A DNA stretch of 64,000 nucleotides from a virus (taxonomy: Duplodnaviria; Caudoviricetes), in IMG/VR virus record IMGVR_UViG_3300031998_000040, positions 1 to 64,000 of that record; one strand, 5' to 3'. Both the position numbers and the translations under genes were made by a program. Of the stretch, positions 46,763-56,475 are shown in pieces (position 1 is the stretch's first letter; each line of letters begins with the position of its first letter). The notes beneath the pieces are model-generated. The model was not told the origin of the DNA. It searched no databases and worked only from the letters and a program-made list of their open reading frames with translations.

Positions 46763-47000
46763 TTGCAAAACCGCTGCGCCTGTGTTATACTATGTGTAAC
46801 AACAGAGCGGCGGTCGGCAAACCGCCGTAGCAGGTAGCGGTGTGCAAGTACCGCGGCTTTTCTTTCGGCTATTATACCCTTGCCGGGGTATTATAGTGGG
46901 TTGAAATACCCTTGCCGCTTCTTGCTTGCACAGGAGGCGGCATAAAATTTTCTTGCGAAACGGTCCGTTCTCCGGCTTCCTGCGGAGGACGGACTTTTTT
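46763..47000 (+). promoter_or_regulatory. promoter, kissing-loop leader RNA and terminator
   Basis: TTGCAA-17-TATACT; loops CGGCAA/TTGCCG and TGCAAG/CTTGCA; GTCCG..CGGAC-T6. Confidence 0.65.
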
Positions 47001-47017
47001 GCAAGGAGGGTTCGGAA

Positions 47018-47347
47018 ATGAAAAAAGAAAAAAGCAGCAAACCCGGCGTGATGATCTACTTCGATATCCGCCGACAGGTCGAACGGTTGTCCCTCGAACA
47101 GCGCGGAGAACTATTCACCGCAATTTTGGACTTTGCTGAGAACGGAACGGAACCTACGCTGGATGAAATGACCGGAATGTGTTTCGACGGTCTCCGCCCC
47201 CGAATCGAAATGGACGGGAAGCGGTACGAAAACAAAGTTCAGAAATCCAAATACGCCGTTTATGTTCGTGAGACGGAAAGGCACGGGGAAATTCCGCTCG
47301 ACTACGCAGATTGGGAGCGGAGCCAAGAGCCTGAGTTCTGGCTGTAA
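47018..47347 (+). CDS. DUF6291-like protein (replication-initiator N-terminal domain)
   Basis: LSLEQRGELFTAILDFA..G.EP..F..I..D..RYE. Confidence 0.7.
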   Translation: MKKEKSSKPGVMIYFDIRRQVERLSLEQRGELFTAILDFAENGTEPTLDEMTGMCFDGLRPRIEMDGKRYENKVQKSKYAVYVRETERHGEIPLDYADWERSQEPEFWL

Positions 47348-47494
47348 CATCGTCCGATATCGTTTGATATCGCCCGATATCTAAATAAACGTAACTCAAC
47401 TCAGCGTAAAGAAAAAATAAAAAGAAAACCAACCACAACGCCAGCACATCGCAGATGGATGCGTTGCATCGGCCGATACGAAAGGAGCCCCCAC

Positions 47495-48427
47495 ATGATT
47501 TACACACGCGCCGCCGCCGCGTTCCTCAACTACTGCCGAGCGTCCGGCATGACCGCCGCCACCGTGGAGAACCACGAGCGCAACCTCCGCCTGTTCTCCG
47601 AGACCGTCGCCCTGCCGGACGCCGACGCCGAGATCACCGTCGCCCACATCGACGAATACAAATCCCTGCTCCACCTCCGGGGCCTGAAGCAGTCCACCGT
47701 CCGCGCCTACCTCGAATCCCTCTGCCTGTTCTTCGCGTGGGCCACCGAGCGGAAATACTGCGCGGAGAATCCCTGCACCCCCTCCGCCGTGAAGACCAAA
47801 GTTCCGCCCCCCGCGCCGTACAACCATCTGCTCACCCGTGAGGAAATGGCTGCGCTTCTCTCCCCCGTCTGCCCCAAGGGATGCACGAAGAAACTCTTCA
47901 ACCGCAACCATGCCATCGTCACCGTGCTTCTCACTTCGGGCCTCAGAAATTCGGAACTCCGGGAGCTGCGTCTCTGCGACCTGATTCCCTCCGAGAACCG
48001 CCTCATCGTCCGCTGCGGCAAGGGCGGCAAGACCCGCTCCGCCCCCTACCCCCCGGCGGCGCAGGATGCCGTCGCCGCTTGGCTCGCCGACCCGCTCAGG
48101 CCGTCTTCGTTGCCCTCTGACGCGATTCTTTTCGGGAAAGGTACGAACACCGCCTCGTGGCAGATGTTCAGCAGGACGGAGCTGAGCACGATGGTGGAGC
48201 GGTTTACCAAGACGGTGCTGGGAAAGGACTCCGGCGTCCGCACCCACGCCCTCCGCCACGCCAACGCCAGCTATCTGTGGGACAGCGGCATGAGGATGGA
48301 GGACATCCGCGATCTACTCGGTCACAGCGATGTGAAAGTCAGCCAGATGTATATTTCCCGCCTGCGTCCTCAGACCGCAACCGAATCCGCCACCAATGCG
48401 TTCGCGGCTCTGAGCCAAGCGGTATGA
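47495..48427 (+). CDS. XerC/D-like tyrosine recombinase
   Basis: GLRNSE, GKGGK, HALRH, LGHS, QMY. Confidence 0.92.
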   Translation: MIYTRAAAAFLNYCRASGMTAATVENHERNLRLFSETVALPDADAEITVAHIDEYKSLLHLRGLKQSTVRAYLESLCLFFAWATERKYCAENPCTPSAVKTKVPPPAPYNHLLTREEMAALLSPVCPKGCTKKLFNRNHAIVTVLLTSGLRNSELRELRLCDLIPSENRLIVRCGKGGKTRSAPYPPAAQDAVAAWLADPLRPSSLPSDAILFGKGTNTASWQMFSRTELSTMVERFTKTVLGKDSGVRTHALRHANASYLWDSGMRMEDIRDLLGHSDVKVSQMYISRLRPQTATESATNAFAALSQAV

Positions 48428-48443
48428 ATCAGGAGTGATTTCC

Positions 48444-49262
48444 GTGAAAGAAAAACTAGACCTCACCGGCAAACAGTTCGGTGATTGGACGGTTCTCTAT
48501 GAAGAACCGCAGGAAGGGTATGTCAGGAAGTGGCGTTGCCGTTGTGTCTGCGGTGCCGAGAAAACCGTATATCAAGGTAATCTTACCCAAGGGAAAAGCC
48601 ACGGATGCGGGTGCGCTGCTCGAAAGCTCACCGGTGAACGAGCAAGAACGCACGGGAAAAGAAACACCAGGTTATACAATATTTGGGTGCTTATGAGGCG
48701 CAGATGCTACGATGAATCCAGCGTATCTTACAAGAATTATGGAGGTCGCGGAATATCCGTTTGCGACGAATGGCTTGGCCATGACGGATTTCAGCACTTT
48801 TGGGATTGGTCCCATGAAAACGGATATAGCGAATCTGCGTCTCCGAGAGACTGCTCTATTGACAGGATTGATGTAAACGGTAATTACTGCCCTGAAAACT
48901 GTCGCTGGATTGATATGCGATCACAGTCCAGAAATAAACAAGGCACTCATTGGGTAGAGTTTGGTGGCGAGACAATTTCACTTGCTGAATTTTGCGAGAG
49001 ATACAACGTCGCTCCTGCTCTAGCAAGTGCAAGATTTCAGCGTGGGTGGTCCCCTGCCGAAGTCATGTTCTTCCATCCGAAATATCTTCCGAAATTGATT
49101 GAGTACAAGGGGGAAACCAGAACACAGCGAGGGTGGGCCAAGCACTTTGGAATAGACCACAGAAAGCTCCAGTACCGCTTAAATCATGGGTGGACATTTG
49201 AGCAGGCGATAGGCATTGCTCCTCCGCCAAATAGGTACTCCAATTCTCAAAAAGGAGATTAA
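48444..49262 (+). CDS. HNH-like homing endonuclease
   Basis: YKNYGGRGISVCDEW, SIDRIDVNGNYCPENCRW; lower GC. Confidence 0.8.
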   Translation: MKEKLDLTGKQFGDWTVLYEEPQEGYVRKWRCRCVCGAEKTVYQGNLTQGKSHGCGCAARKLTGERARTHGKRNTRLYNIWVLMRRRCYDESSVSYKNYGGRGISVCDEWLGHDGFQHFWDWSHENGYSESASPRDCSIDRIDVNGNYCPENCRWIDMRSQSRNKQGTHWVEFGGETISLAEFCERYNVAPALASARFQRGWSPAEVMFFHPKYLPKLIEYKGETRTQRGWAKHFGIDHRKLQYRLNHGWTFEQAIGIAPPPNRYSNSQKGD

Positions 49263-49465
49263 ACACCATGCGCTACCTCGACCGTCTCCGCCCCACCGCC
49301 CCGACGGACCACGCCGCCGACGCTTTCGCCGCCCTCCGCGCCGCCGTCTGACCGCAACCGTTTGGCTTTTCCGAACAGTTGCCACCAACGCCAAAGGGAC
49401 TGGACGCCTCACCGCGCCCGGTCCCTTTTATTTTTTGCCCTTTATATATAGCTTGCTACCAATCC

Positions 49466-51292
49466 TCAAGTCGCCGGAACGACCGTGTTGCTGGTGTAAT
49501 AGGTCGTGTTGATCGTCGGCGTCCCAGTGAATGTCCCACCGGTTCCGGTGAACATATCCGTCGCTACTTCCGATCCATAGCCAGGGTTTATAATGGTTCC
49601 TGTCCCATTGATCGGGATTCGGTATTGTGTTGCATACTCTGCTGATTGCGTTTCTGATAATTTTATCTTTATACATCCACGATACATTTCGTTATAGCAC
49701 ATGGAATACAGTTCCGTTGGCCTCAACGCGCTTAATGATGTTAATGCTGTGCATCCATAATACATACCTTCACATGAATAGACGCCAAGCATCGTAGCCA
49801 TGATTTTTGGCGGGGTCACAAGGCTGGTACACCCATAAAACATATTGCAGCATCCCCAATAGTCTATTTGACTTGCTGTAATATCAGGCACGTCCACAAG
49901 GCTGGTGCATCCGTAATACATATGTGAACATGCTTCTTGCCCAATTATACGTGTCGATAACTTTGCTGCTTTTCTGAGTGAAGTACATCCATCGAACATA
50001 TGATAACAGGACTCAGGTGTAAGATCGCTTGTTATATCTGGTGCTTCCAAAAGTCCGGTCCCGGAGAACATATAGCTATACACACTGGTATTCCATATAT
50101 TGCCGCTTCCACGATATGTCTTGGCTGCAAGCGGAGACGGTGCCGAAACAAGGGCAGAACACCCATGAAACATATAGGCAAAACAGCTATCGCGTGTTTC
50201 TGGATGCCCACCTGCTGCTACTGTTTCCCAGTCCAAAAGGGTTTCAATATTTCCATCTGCTTCAACAGAAGAACCCGTAATTACCCAGTGAAACTCAATG
50301 CTATTTACTCCCGTAATCACCGTATTCCCCGTACCGCGCATGAAAATCTCGTTGGTGTCCCCAGAGGAAATCGTAGTAGTTCCGTCCCACTCAGTCCACG
50401 TCATTCCGTCTGCGGAATAGTACAGCGCCCCGTTCCAGTCTTTACATGCTCTGTATTTTCCAATCGTAAAGCTCTGCGGAGAATGGAACCGTACATAGTT
50501 CTTGTTCACTCCCAGTTCCTCCACCGTGCACTGCGCCGTCATGTTCCCCGGAACGCCGCCCCACGCCATCGCCGTCAGCACCCCGCCGTTGTTGTAGACG
50601 TGGACCGCACGGACGCCACGGCTCATAAGGTCCTCCATCTGCGTGGGCGTGAACTGAAGCTCCACATGGCTTTTCTCCGTCACGGTCGGTCCCGTGACGG
50701 TGATGATCTTCGTATAGGGGCTGGCTGCGCCGCTCCATGTCCCCGCCATGGCGACGGTCCCCCGCCGCAGCGAAGGATTCGCCTCGCTGTATTGCAGCAC
50801 GTTCTCCACGTTTCCGAGACCGGCTTCTTCTGCCGTGACCTCGTGCGGATTGTTCCGCCGTGCAAAGTGCGCCGCCGCCGCGTCCGCGATCCGCGTCTCC
50901 GTCCAGTGGGTCGAATCCCAGGCTTCCGGCGTGTCGATGTCGGTGTTGGCTCGGTAAAGGATTCCGCCGTAGATGCAGAAGTCCCCCTCTGCGTAGGTCG
51001 AGGAGCTGTCATAGGTGTCTGCCAGGTTCTTCTCGATATCCCGCTCCGTCACCCAGATGTAGGCTTCCCCGTCCTGCGCCGTCATCTGCCAGATCGCCGG
51101 GGGACTGACGCTCGTATCGGCGTAGAGCTGACCCACGCCACCCGCCGTTGCGGTCGTCGGCGCTCCGCTTCCGCTGAGTATCTGGCTGTTTTCGATGGTG
51201 CCGCTCATGGCCCGCAGCTCCGTCGGACCGATGGCAGGCGGTACGCCGTTTACCCAAACCGGCGCGGCGTAGTTCCCGTTATACATCGGCAT
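49466..51292 (-). CDS. tail fibre/adhesin with a CBM-like module and BspA-like repeats
   Basis: YAEGDFCIYGGILYRA..WDSTHW; repeated (C)Y.MF.GCTSL..P. Confidence 0.75.
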   Translation of the reverse strand: MPMYNGNYAAPVWVNGVPPAIGPTELRAMSGTIENSQILSGSGAPTTATAGGVGQLYADTSVSPPAIWQMTAQDGEAYIWVTERDIEKNLADTYDSSSTYAEGDFCIYGGILYRANTDIDTPEAWDSTHWTETRIADAAAAHFARRNNPHEVTAEEAGLGNVENVLQYSEANPSLRRGTVAMAGTWSGAASPYTKIITVTGPTVTEKSHVELQFTPTQMEDLMSRGVRAVHVYNNGGVLTAMAWGGVPGNMTAQCTVEELGVNKNYVRFHSPQSFTIGKYRACKDWNGALYYSADGMTWTEWDGTTTISSGDTNEIFMRGTGNTVITGVNSIEFHWVITGSSVEADGNIETLLDWETVAAGGHPETRDSCFAYMFHGCSALVSAPSPLAAKTYRGSGNIWNTSVYSYMFSGTGLLEAPDITSDLTPESCYHMFDGCTSLRKAAKLSTRIIGQEACSHMYYGCTSLVDVPDITASQIDYWGCCNMFYGCTSLVTPPKIMATMLGVYSCEGMYYGCTALTSLSALRPTELYSMCYNEMYRGCIKIKLSETQSAEYATQYRIPINGTGTIINPGYGSEVATDMFTGTGGTFTGTPTINTTYYTSNTVVPAT

Positions 51293-51322
51293 GTTCCGTC
51301 ACGTTCCTTTCCGTCTTTCCCG

Positions 51323-52030
51323 TCATTTTCCGTCATCATCCCCGCGTATGAGCCGCACGATCATCTTGAAGAACCGATAGAGGATGACGCAGATTTCGGC
51401 GCGGGTCGCCCCCTGATTCGGCTTGAAGCTCCCGTCCGGGAATCCCTTGATAATCCCGTTTTCCTGCGCCCATCGGATTTCAGTTTCGGCGTAATGCCCG
51501 GTTACATCGTCTACTACAACAGGTTCTGGCTGATAGTTCGGACGGCATACCCCGACCACGTTCTTGACGCTACGCAGCTTCTTCGCCACACAGCCGCCGT
51601 TATATTCTTCTTGCGGAGTTCCCTCCACGCCGGGGGTCGTATTCCCCTCGATGGTGTACCAAGTCCCGGCCAGCTTGCCTTTCTCGACAACAAGGCCGCA
51701 ATGCTCCGTGTCGAGTTCGCCGTTCACCTTTTTTCCAGAGAAGTTCAGGATCAGGATGTCGCCGACCTGAATCTCGGAGTTCGGAACGGTTTGGCCTTGT
51801 TCTCGGTAGCAGCGGAGAAGCGTCCGGCACGAAGCGGTCTTACCGCCGTTGTAGAACGCCATCCGTTCACCGGCCTTGTTAAACCAATAGGCGGGTGCCA
51901 TAACACACCACGGCTGCCCGTTCACGCCATACCATTCACCGAACTTTGTCTGATTACTGTTCGGTGGGAATTCTGTATAGCCGAGGTCTTCCAGCGCCGC
52001 GTCAATAACCGCTTGCTTGCTCATACTCAT
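51323..52030 (-). CDS. endolysin (CHAP-like domain plus SLH)
   Basis: GQPWC..HCGLV..TIEGNT; SLH GIIKGFPDGSFKPNQGATRAE. Confidence 0.9.
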   Translation of the reverse strand: MSMSKQAVIDAALEDLGYTEFPPNSNQTKFGEWYGVNGQPWCVMAPAYWFNKAGERMAFYNGGKTASCRTLLRCYREQGQTVPNSEIQVGDILILNFSGKKVNGELDTEHCGLVVEKGKLAGTWYTIEGNTTPGVEGTPQEEYNGGCVAKKLRSVKNVVGVCRPNYQPEPVVVDDVTGHYAETEIRWAQENGIIKGFPDGSFKPNQGATRAEICVILYRFFKMIVRLIRGDDDGK

Positions 52031-52688
52031 TCTCCTTATGCCACTCATAACCACGGTAGGATTTCAGGTGTCCATTAGCGGCCTGTTGCACACACCAACG
52101 GTCATAACCGTGTTTATCAGCTTCCACAGCGGATGCGAAGCGAATGATTTCTCCTGTCTGGTTATGAATTCCAATAACCGGGATTGAACGAACCCGTCTG
52201 AGTTTTTCAATACCTTCCTCTGACCAGTTCTTTTTCTTCCCTGTCAGACCAGCAGAAACCCTGAGATTGTGAGTGCCGTAGTTGCAGTTATACTTTGCCG
52301 TACACCATTCCAGATTTTCAACACAGTTATTGTGCTTGTTCTCGTCCTTGTGGTTTATGAACGGTAGCTCTTCTGGATTAGGTATGAACGCTTCAGCGAC
52401 AAGGCGATGAATCTTCACGTCCTTCCGCACTCCGTTCACGCAAAAGTTGAGGCACAAATACCCTCGCCGTTCTATCGGCCTGAGGATATGCCAATCACGG
52501 TTACGAACACGACCCATGTTGCTGACTTCGTATCTGGTTTCGTAACCTTTGGCTGGTCTCCACTCCTCCTGCTCCCCTTGCAGTTCAGGCCACCATTCCG
52601 ACCAGTATTCGACCCGATTCGACTCAGCCGGGTCTTCGTGTACGCCCAGCTCTCCCCGGGCGATTTCGATTACTTTTGATAGGCTCAT
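52002..52688 (-). CDS. NUMOD4-HNH endonuclease with a lysin-like N-terminus
   Basis: EEWRPAKGYETRYEVSNMG, HRLVA..NHKDENK.NN..NLEW. Confidence 0.88.
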   Translation of the reverse strand: MSLSKVIEIARGELGVHEDPAESNRVEYWSEWWPELQGEQEEWRPAKGYETRYEVSNMGRVRNRDWHILRPIERRGYLCLNFCVNGVRKDVKIHRLVAEAFIPNPEELPFINHKDENKHNNCVENLEWCTAKYNCNYGTHNLRVSAGLTGKKKNWSEEGIEKLRRVRSIPVIGIHNQTGEIIRFASAVEADKHGYDRWCVQQAANGHLKSYRGYEWHKENEYEQASGY

Positions 52689-52699
52689 GCTGTCCTCCT

Positions 52700-53089
52700 T
52701 TACGGCGGCGTTGTCGTGACCGTCGGGGCGTTCCCCTCAAACATGATAACGCCGATGTGCATATTGCCGCTGGCATTTACTAACCGGATGACATTGTTCC
52801 CCTGCGGCGTTACGGTCGTACCCGATTGCGAGATCGCCAAAAGCGTGACCATTTGCAAATCCGAGGTGGACCCGCTGTTAAAAATGTAAAACCCGCTCTT
52901 TGCAACGGCGACAGTACCGACGCCGGTAAACGATATCAGCCCCGTTTTGATGCCTGTCGGAAATACCAGGTAGTATGTGGCATTCGCAGACAGGTTAAAC
53001 ATGGCGGATGCGGATATCCCGCCGATGCCAAGCAGCCCCTTTTCCTCCGGTACGCCTGGCAGCGGTCGTTCTCCCGTCCCGCTCGCCAT
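52700..53089 (-). CDS. tail-region hypothetical protein
   Basis: ORF in the structural operon. Confidence 0.6.
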   Translation of the reverse strand: MASGTGERPLPGVPEEKGLLGIGGISASAMFNLSANATYYLVFPTGIKTGLISFTGVGTVAVAKSGFYIFNSGSTSDLQMVTLLAISQSGTTVTPQGNNVIRLVNASGNMHIGVIMFEGNAPTVTTTPP

Positions 53090-53347
53090 TTATTCTTCCT
53101 CCGTCTCAGCCGCAGAGGCCGCAGAGTGCTTATAGCATTGATGGTAGATGGGAAATCCCTCCGCTGTCATCAGGATCGCAGCATGGGACGGCAGCTCGCT
53201 CACAGCAGCCGCCGCAAGAACCTCATGATACTTGCTTTCTCCCTTGAGACGTGCCTTTTCGGGGTTTTCGTCATAGGCAAAATGGACAATATGCCCGTAT
53301 TCTCCGTTATCGTATTGCTGGATCTCCACGATGTAATACTGTTTCAT
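53090..53347 (-). CDS. small tail-associated protein
   Basis: YYIVEIQ..AESKYH-like motif. Confidence 0.65.
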   Translation of the reverse strand: MKQYYIVEIQQYDNGEYGHIVHFAYDENPEKARLKGESKYHEVLAAAAVSELPSHAAILMTAEGFPIYHQCYKHSAASAAETEEE

Positions 53348-53348
53348 A

Positions 53349-54689
53349 TCAATTCCCCTTTCTGACAAGCAAAATGTTTGCCGTTGTCGCTGCCGTCGCG
53401 GTGCCGCTCAGGGTAAAGCTCCCTGCCCCCGTTGTCCAAGTAAACCCCGCTGTGATATAGCTCGGATCAGCCCACTCTATCCGGGCAAGCACATAGCCTG
53501 CGGTGATTTTTGCGTCGGAAATGCTCAATATCTGCTGACTTGTCCCAGCAGAAACCGCAACGGAGGAAAACCAAAGTCTCCCGTCCGCGATGTTGTTTCC
53601 CGCCCCATCCCGGTCCGCTACTACGCCGTCTGCGCTGGTTGCGGTTGTTGGCTCTGAAACTTGAAGCGCCGTGAAATATGACGATATATTCTTGTAGGCA
53701 CTACGGTCTGATGACAGTAGATTATAGAACAAGACATATGATGGTGCGAGTTTGTGGATATAAAGTGTTACCGTCTCCGTTGTCTGGTCTACGGTATATC
53801 GGATATCGTTCACAGAATATCCGTTTTTTGCCCACCAGCGAACAGTCGCACTGATGCTCCCTCCGTTTTCGTGATGGAATCGACAGTTCAGTAGCCCCTG
53901 GTATGCATTCTTACCATCCGTGAAAAATAGCAGAAATTTCGTAGTTTCATTATTTGGAAGCGTGAACTGCATAAACTGAAACCAAACTCCGTCAGACCCG
54001 CTAAGGCGATAGATATACCGCAGATTGCTTGCACCAACCGCAGTCCCGCCGGAAGCCAGCGCCCCCACATCCGCAGCCGTCAGGTCGAAATCTCCCGTCA
54101 GGGGATGCCCGTTGATCTCCAGTGCAGCCGCCGCCCTGGTCGTGTCCGTTGGATGGACGTGTCCGCCGTCTGCCCAGTTCCCCGTACTGCCGGGGCTGGC
54201 CGTGCCGTCCATCTGCGGGTTGGAAGAATAAGCAGGAGGAACGGTAGGGATGACTCCGTTTGCGAGATCGCTTGCCGGGATGCCGCCGGACGGCTTCTGA
54301 TATGCCGTGTCCGCTTTATTCAGCGATGTCTGCACCGCAGAGGTCATATCCGTAGACGGAATACCCCCGCTGGGCTTGCTGTATGTGCCGTAATCCGTTC
54401 CGGGCGTTGCGGCAGATATGCCGCCAGCACCGTCACCCTTGAGGATGCCATTAACAAGGATTTCGCTCTGCGCCCCCACGTCCGACGCATCCAAAACGAT
54501 ATCGTCATCCAGAGCTTCGCCGTTGATCGTCCGGCTGCTTGGCACAAAGAATCCCGCGAACTGCTGACGAAGCCACGCCAGCACCGTTGCAAAGGTGAAC
54601 CGGCTGTTTTCTCCGCTGTGCAGTCCGACAATGGCGTCCGACGCTTCGACGTTGTTCGCCTGCGGGAACTGGCTGTATTTCGTAGCCAT
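53349..54689 (-). CDS. tail fibre protein
   Basis: RTINGEAL..LDASDVGA, YQKPSGGIP repeats, HVHPTDT. Confidence 0.8.
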   Translation of the reverse strand: MATKYSQFPQANNVEASDAIVGLHSGENSRFTFATVLAWLRQQFAGFFVPSSRTINGEALDDDIVLDASDVGAQSEILVNGILKGDGAGGISAATPGTDYGTYSKPSGGIPSTDMTSAVQTSLNKADTAYQKPSGGIPASDLANGVIPTVPPAYSSNPQMDGTASPGSTGNWADGGHVHPTDTTRAAAALEINGHPLTGDFDLTAADVGALASGGTAVGASNLRYIYRLSGSDGVWFQFMQFTLPNNETTKFLLFFTDGKNAYQGLLNCRFHHENGGSISATVRWWAKNGYSVNDIRYTVDQTTETVTLYIHKLAPSYVLFYNLLSSDRSAYKNISSYFTALQVSEPTTATSADGVVADRDGAGNNIADGRLWFSSVAVSAGTSQQILSISDAKITAGYVLARIEWADPSYITAGFTWTTGAGSFTLSGTATAATTANILLVRKGN

Positions 54690-54699
54690 AGCTGTACTC

Positions 54700-54867
54700 C
54701 TACTCCGTGATGATGTATTCTCCGGTCTCTGTCACGATATCGTCTTCATCCTCGGTGATGATGTAGCTGTTCGACGGCGGAGGGGGTATCCTTCCCTGCG
54801 GCGCACGGCCCAGCCGAAGACCCGCCTGCAAACCCGCGAAAAAACTTTCAATGTCGAAGTTCGTCAT
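54700..54867 (-). CDS. 55-aa tail-associated peptide
   Basis: MTNFDIESFFAGLQAGLRL..YIITEDEDDIVTETGEYIITE. Confidence 0.6.
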   Translation of the reverse strand: MTNFDIESFFAGLQAGLRLGRAPQGRIPPPPSNSYIITEDEDDIVTETGEYIITE

Positions 54868-55403
54868 ATCGCCCTCACATTTGCCGCCTCCAGCATGGCG
54901 ACGACGATTTCCGGCGGGGGCGGAGTGTCCCAGTTCGGATATCCCGCCGTTCTCCCCTGCGCGTCAAATACGGGGAGGTCCGTGTTCAGAGACGTGCCGC
55001 CGCCCCACTGGGAATTCTGGTTGAATCCGGAGTAGTACCACGTCTTCCCCAAATAGCTGCAGGTTCCCTTGACGCTGGTCCACCATCCGTCTTCCGTGTT
55101 GAGATACAGGGTCATATACTGCGGGTTGGTGGAAATAAGGAAGATGCCGATCCAGTCGCTCCCGTATCCGGGAGTTGACCCGTTGATAAGGTAAACGCCG
55201 ACGCATTGCCCGGAATTCACCTTGATATAAGGCGATCTGCTGCTGTGGTCCGCCGTCGCCAGGATTCCGGGCAGCGTCACCAGCCATTCTGAATCCGCCG
55301 TCCAGCCCATCGGGTTCCCCGGTGCCATCGGCATCGGCGGCGTCCAGAGCGTCCGTCCGACCGCGAATCCGGCGAGAAAGCTTTCCTTGTCGTAAGGCAT
55401 CAC
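54864..55403 (-). CDS. tail-associated protein
   Basis: YDKESFLAGFAVGR N-terminus shared with the downstream peptide. Confidence 0.65.
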   Translation of the reverse strand: MMPYDKESFLAGFAVGRTLWTPPMPMAPGNPMGWTADSEWLVTLPGILATADHSSRSPYIKVNSGQCVGVYLINGSTPGYGSDWIGIFLISTNPQYMTLYLNTEDGWWTSVKGTCSYLGKTWYYSGFNQNSQWGGGTSLNTDLPVFDAQGRTAGYPNWDTPPPPEIVVAMLEAANVRAI

Positions 55404-56410
55404 CAGGTCACCGTCGTTTCGTGTCCGTCTCCGTCCGTGATCTTGACCGGCCTGCCGCCGCTGTCAAAGTCCACAAGGAAGGTGTGGCTCGCTCCACCGT
55501 CCACCGTCTCGGAAAAGTATCCGTTATCCCATGTCGAAAAATTCAGCGCCGTGGGCTTTCTCAGCCCGTACAGGTCCATATAGCCTGCGTCCAGCATTTT
55601 CAGCCCCGCATCTTTGCCGCTGCTGTCCGTGAAGCTCATGTCGAAGCCGTCGCTTGCTTTCTTTAGGATGCTTTTGGTCCGCCCGTTGGCGTCCCCTTCG
55701 CCGAAGGTCAGCGTGGGTATCCCTGCGCTGTCGTAGGCGAAGGATGCTTTCACCGTGTCGGAATAGGTGTAGGTATAGACCGGCCAGTCCGTGACGACGA
55801 AGGAGGAATAGATGCGGTCTCCCGCCACGTCCACGGGGGACCCGTCCGGCAAATGACCGGCAGGCTGCGCCTCCCAATACAGATTGTTGCCGTATCGGTC
55901 CTGCGCCTGCACCGGCGTCTGCGACGTGACGGTCCCCGTGACGAATTGAAAATAGCCGTCCTGAATCCTGAGATAAGTGTCATCGGAGGTATCCTGCAAA
56001 AAGTATTTGCGGACTCTGCTGCTGGTGCTGAGCCTGTCGGCGGTGATCTGTGCGATGCCCCCAAGGTCGTTCACGCTGCCTCCGCCGCCACCGCCGCCGT
56101 CCCCGAAGCCGCTCATGTCCGTGCCGCAGAGGATAAAGGCGTTGCTGGCGTCGCCGAGCTGGATGACCAGCACCTGCTTCCCCGGCTGTGCTTCCGATGC
56201 CAGGGCCGGTGGGCAGCGCAGCGTCATGCTCACGCTGTCAAAGGGTCTGCTGACCGTCAGCGTCCCGTCCCCGTTGTTGGCCTCTACCGTGGCCTTGTAT
56301 CCGTTCAGGGAGTGGTTCAGAAGTTCGGCGGTGACTCTGGGGCCGATATAGCGTTCAAAGAGCTGCTTTGCCAGCTCCGCCATCGCCTCGATCTCGCTCC
56401 GTCCTTCCAT
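55400..56410 (-). CDS. tail/baseplate protein
   Basis: OB-fold-like N-terminus, Gly linker, beta-rich C-terminus. Confidence 0.65.
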   Translation of the reverse strand: MEGRSEIEAMAELAKQLFERYIGPRVTAELLNHSLNGYKATVEANNGDGTLTVSRPFDSVSMTLRCPPALASEAQPGKQVLVIQLGDASNAFILCGTDMSGFGDGGGGGGGSVNDLGGIAQITADRLSTSSRVRKYFLQDTSDDTYLRIQDGYFQFVTGTVTSQTPVQAQDRYGNNLYWEAQPAGHLPDGSPVDVAGDRIYSSFVVTDWPVYTYTYSDTVKASFAYDSAGIPTLTFGEGDANGRTKSILKKASDGFDMSFTDSSGKDAGLKMLDAGYMDLYGLRKPTALNFSTWDNGYFSETVDGGASHTFLVDFDSGGRPVKITDGDGHETTVTW

Positions 56411-56475
56411 CTGTCACCACCCCCTTCCGATGTTTCGATTGCCCGTCTTGCGCGTCGTCCTCGCCCCAGCGGCCG

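Noticed and set aside
51323-52688. Group I intron in the lysin
   Set aside because: The HNH ORF overlaps the lysin start, leaving no room for a ribozyme core, and the downstream lysin is complete.
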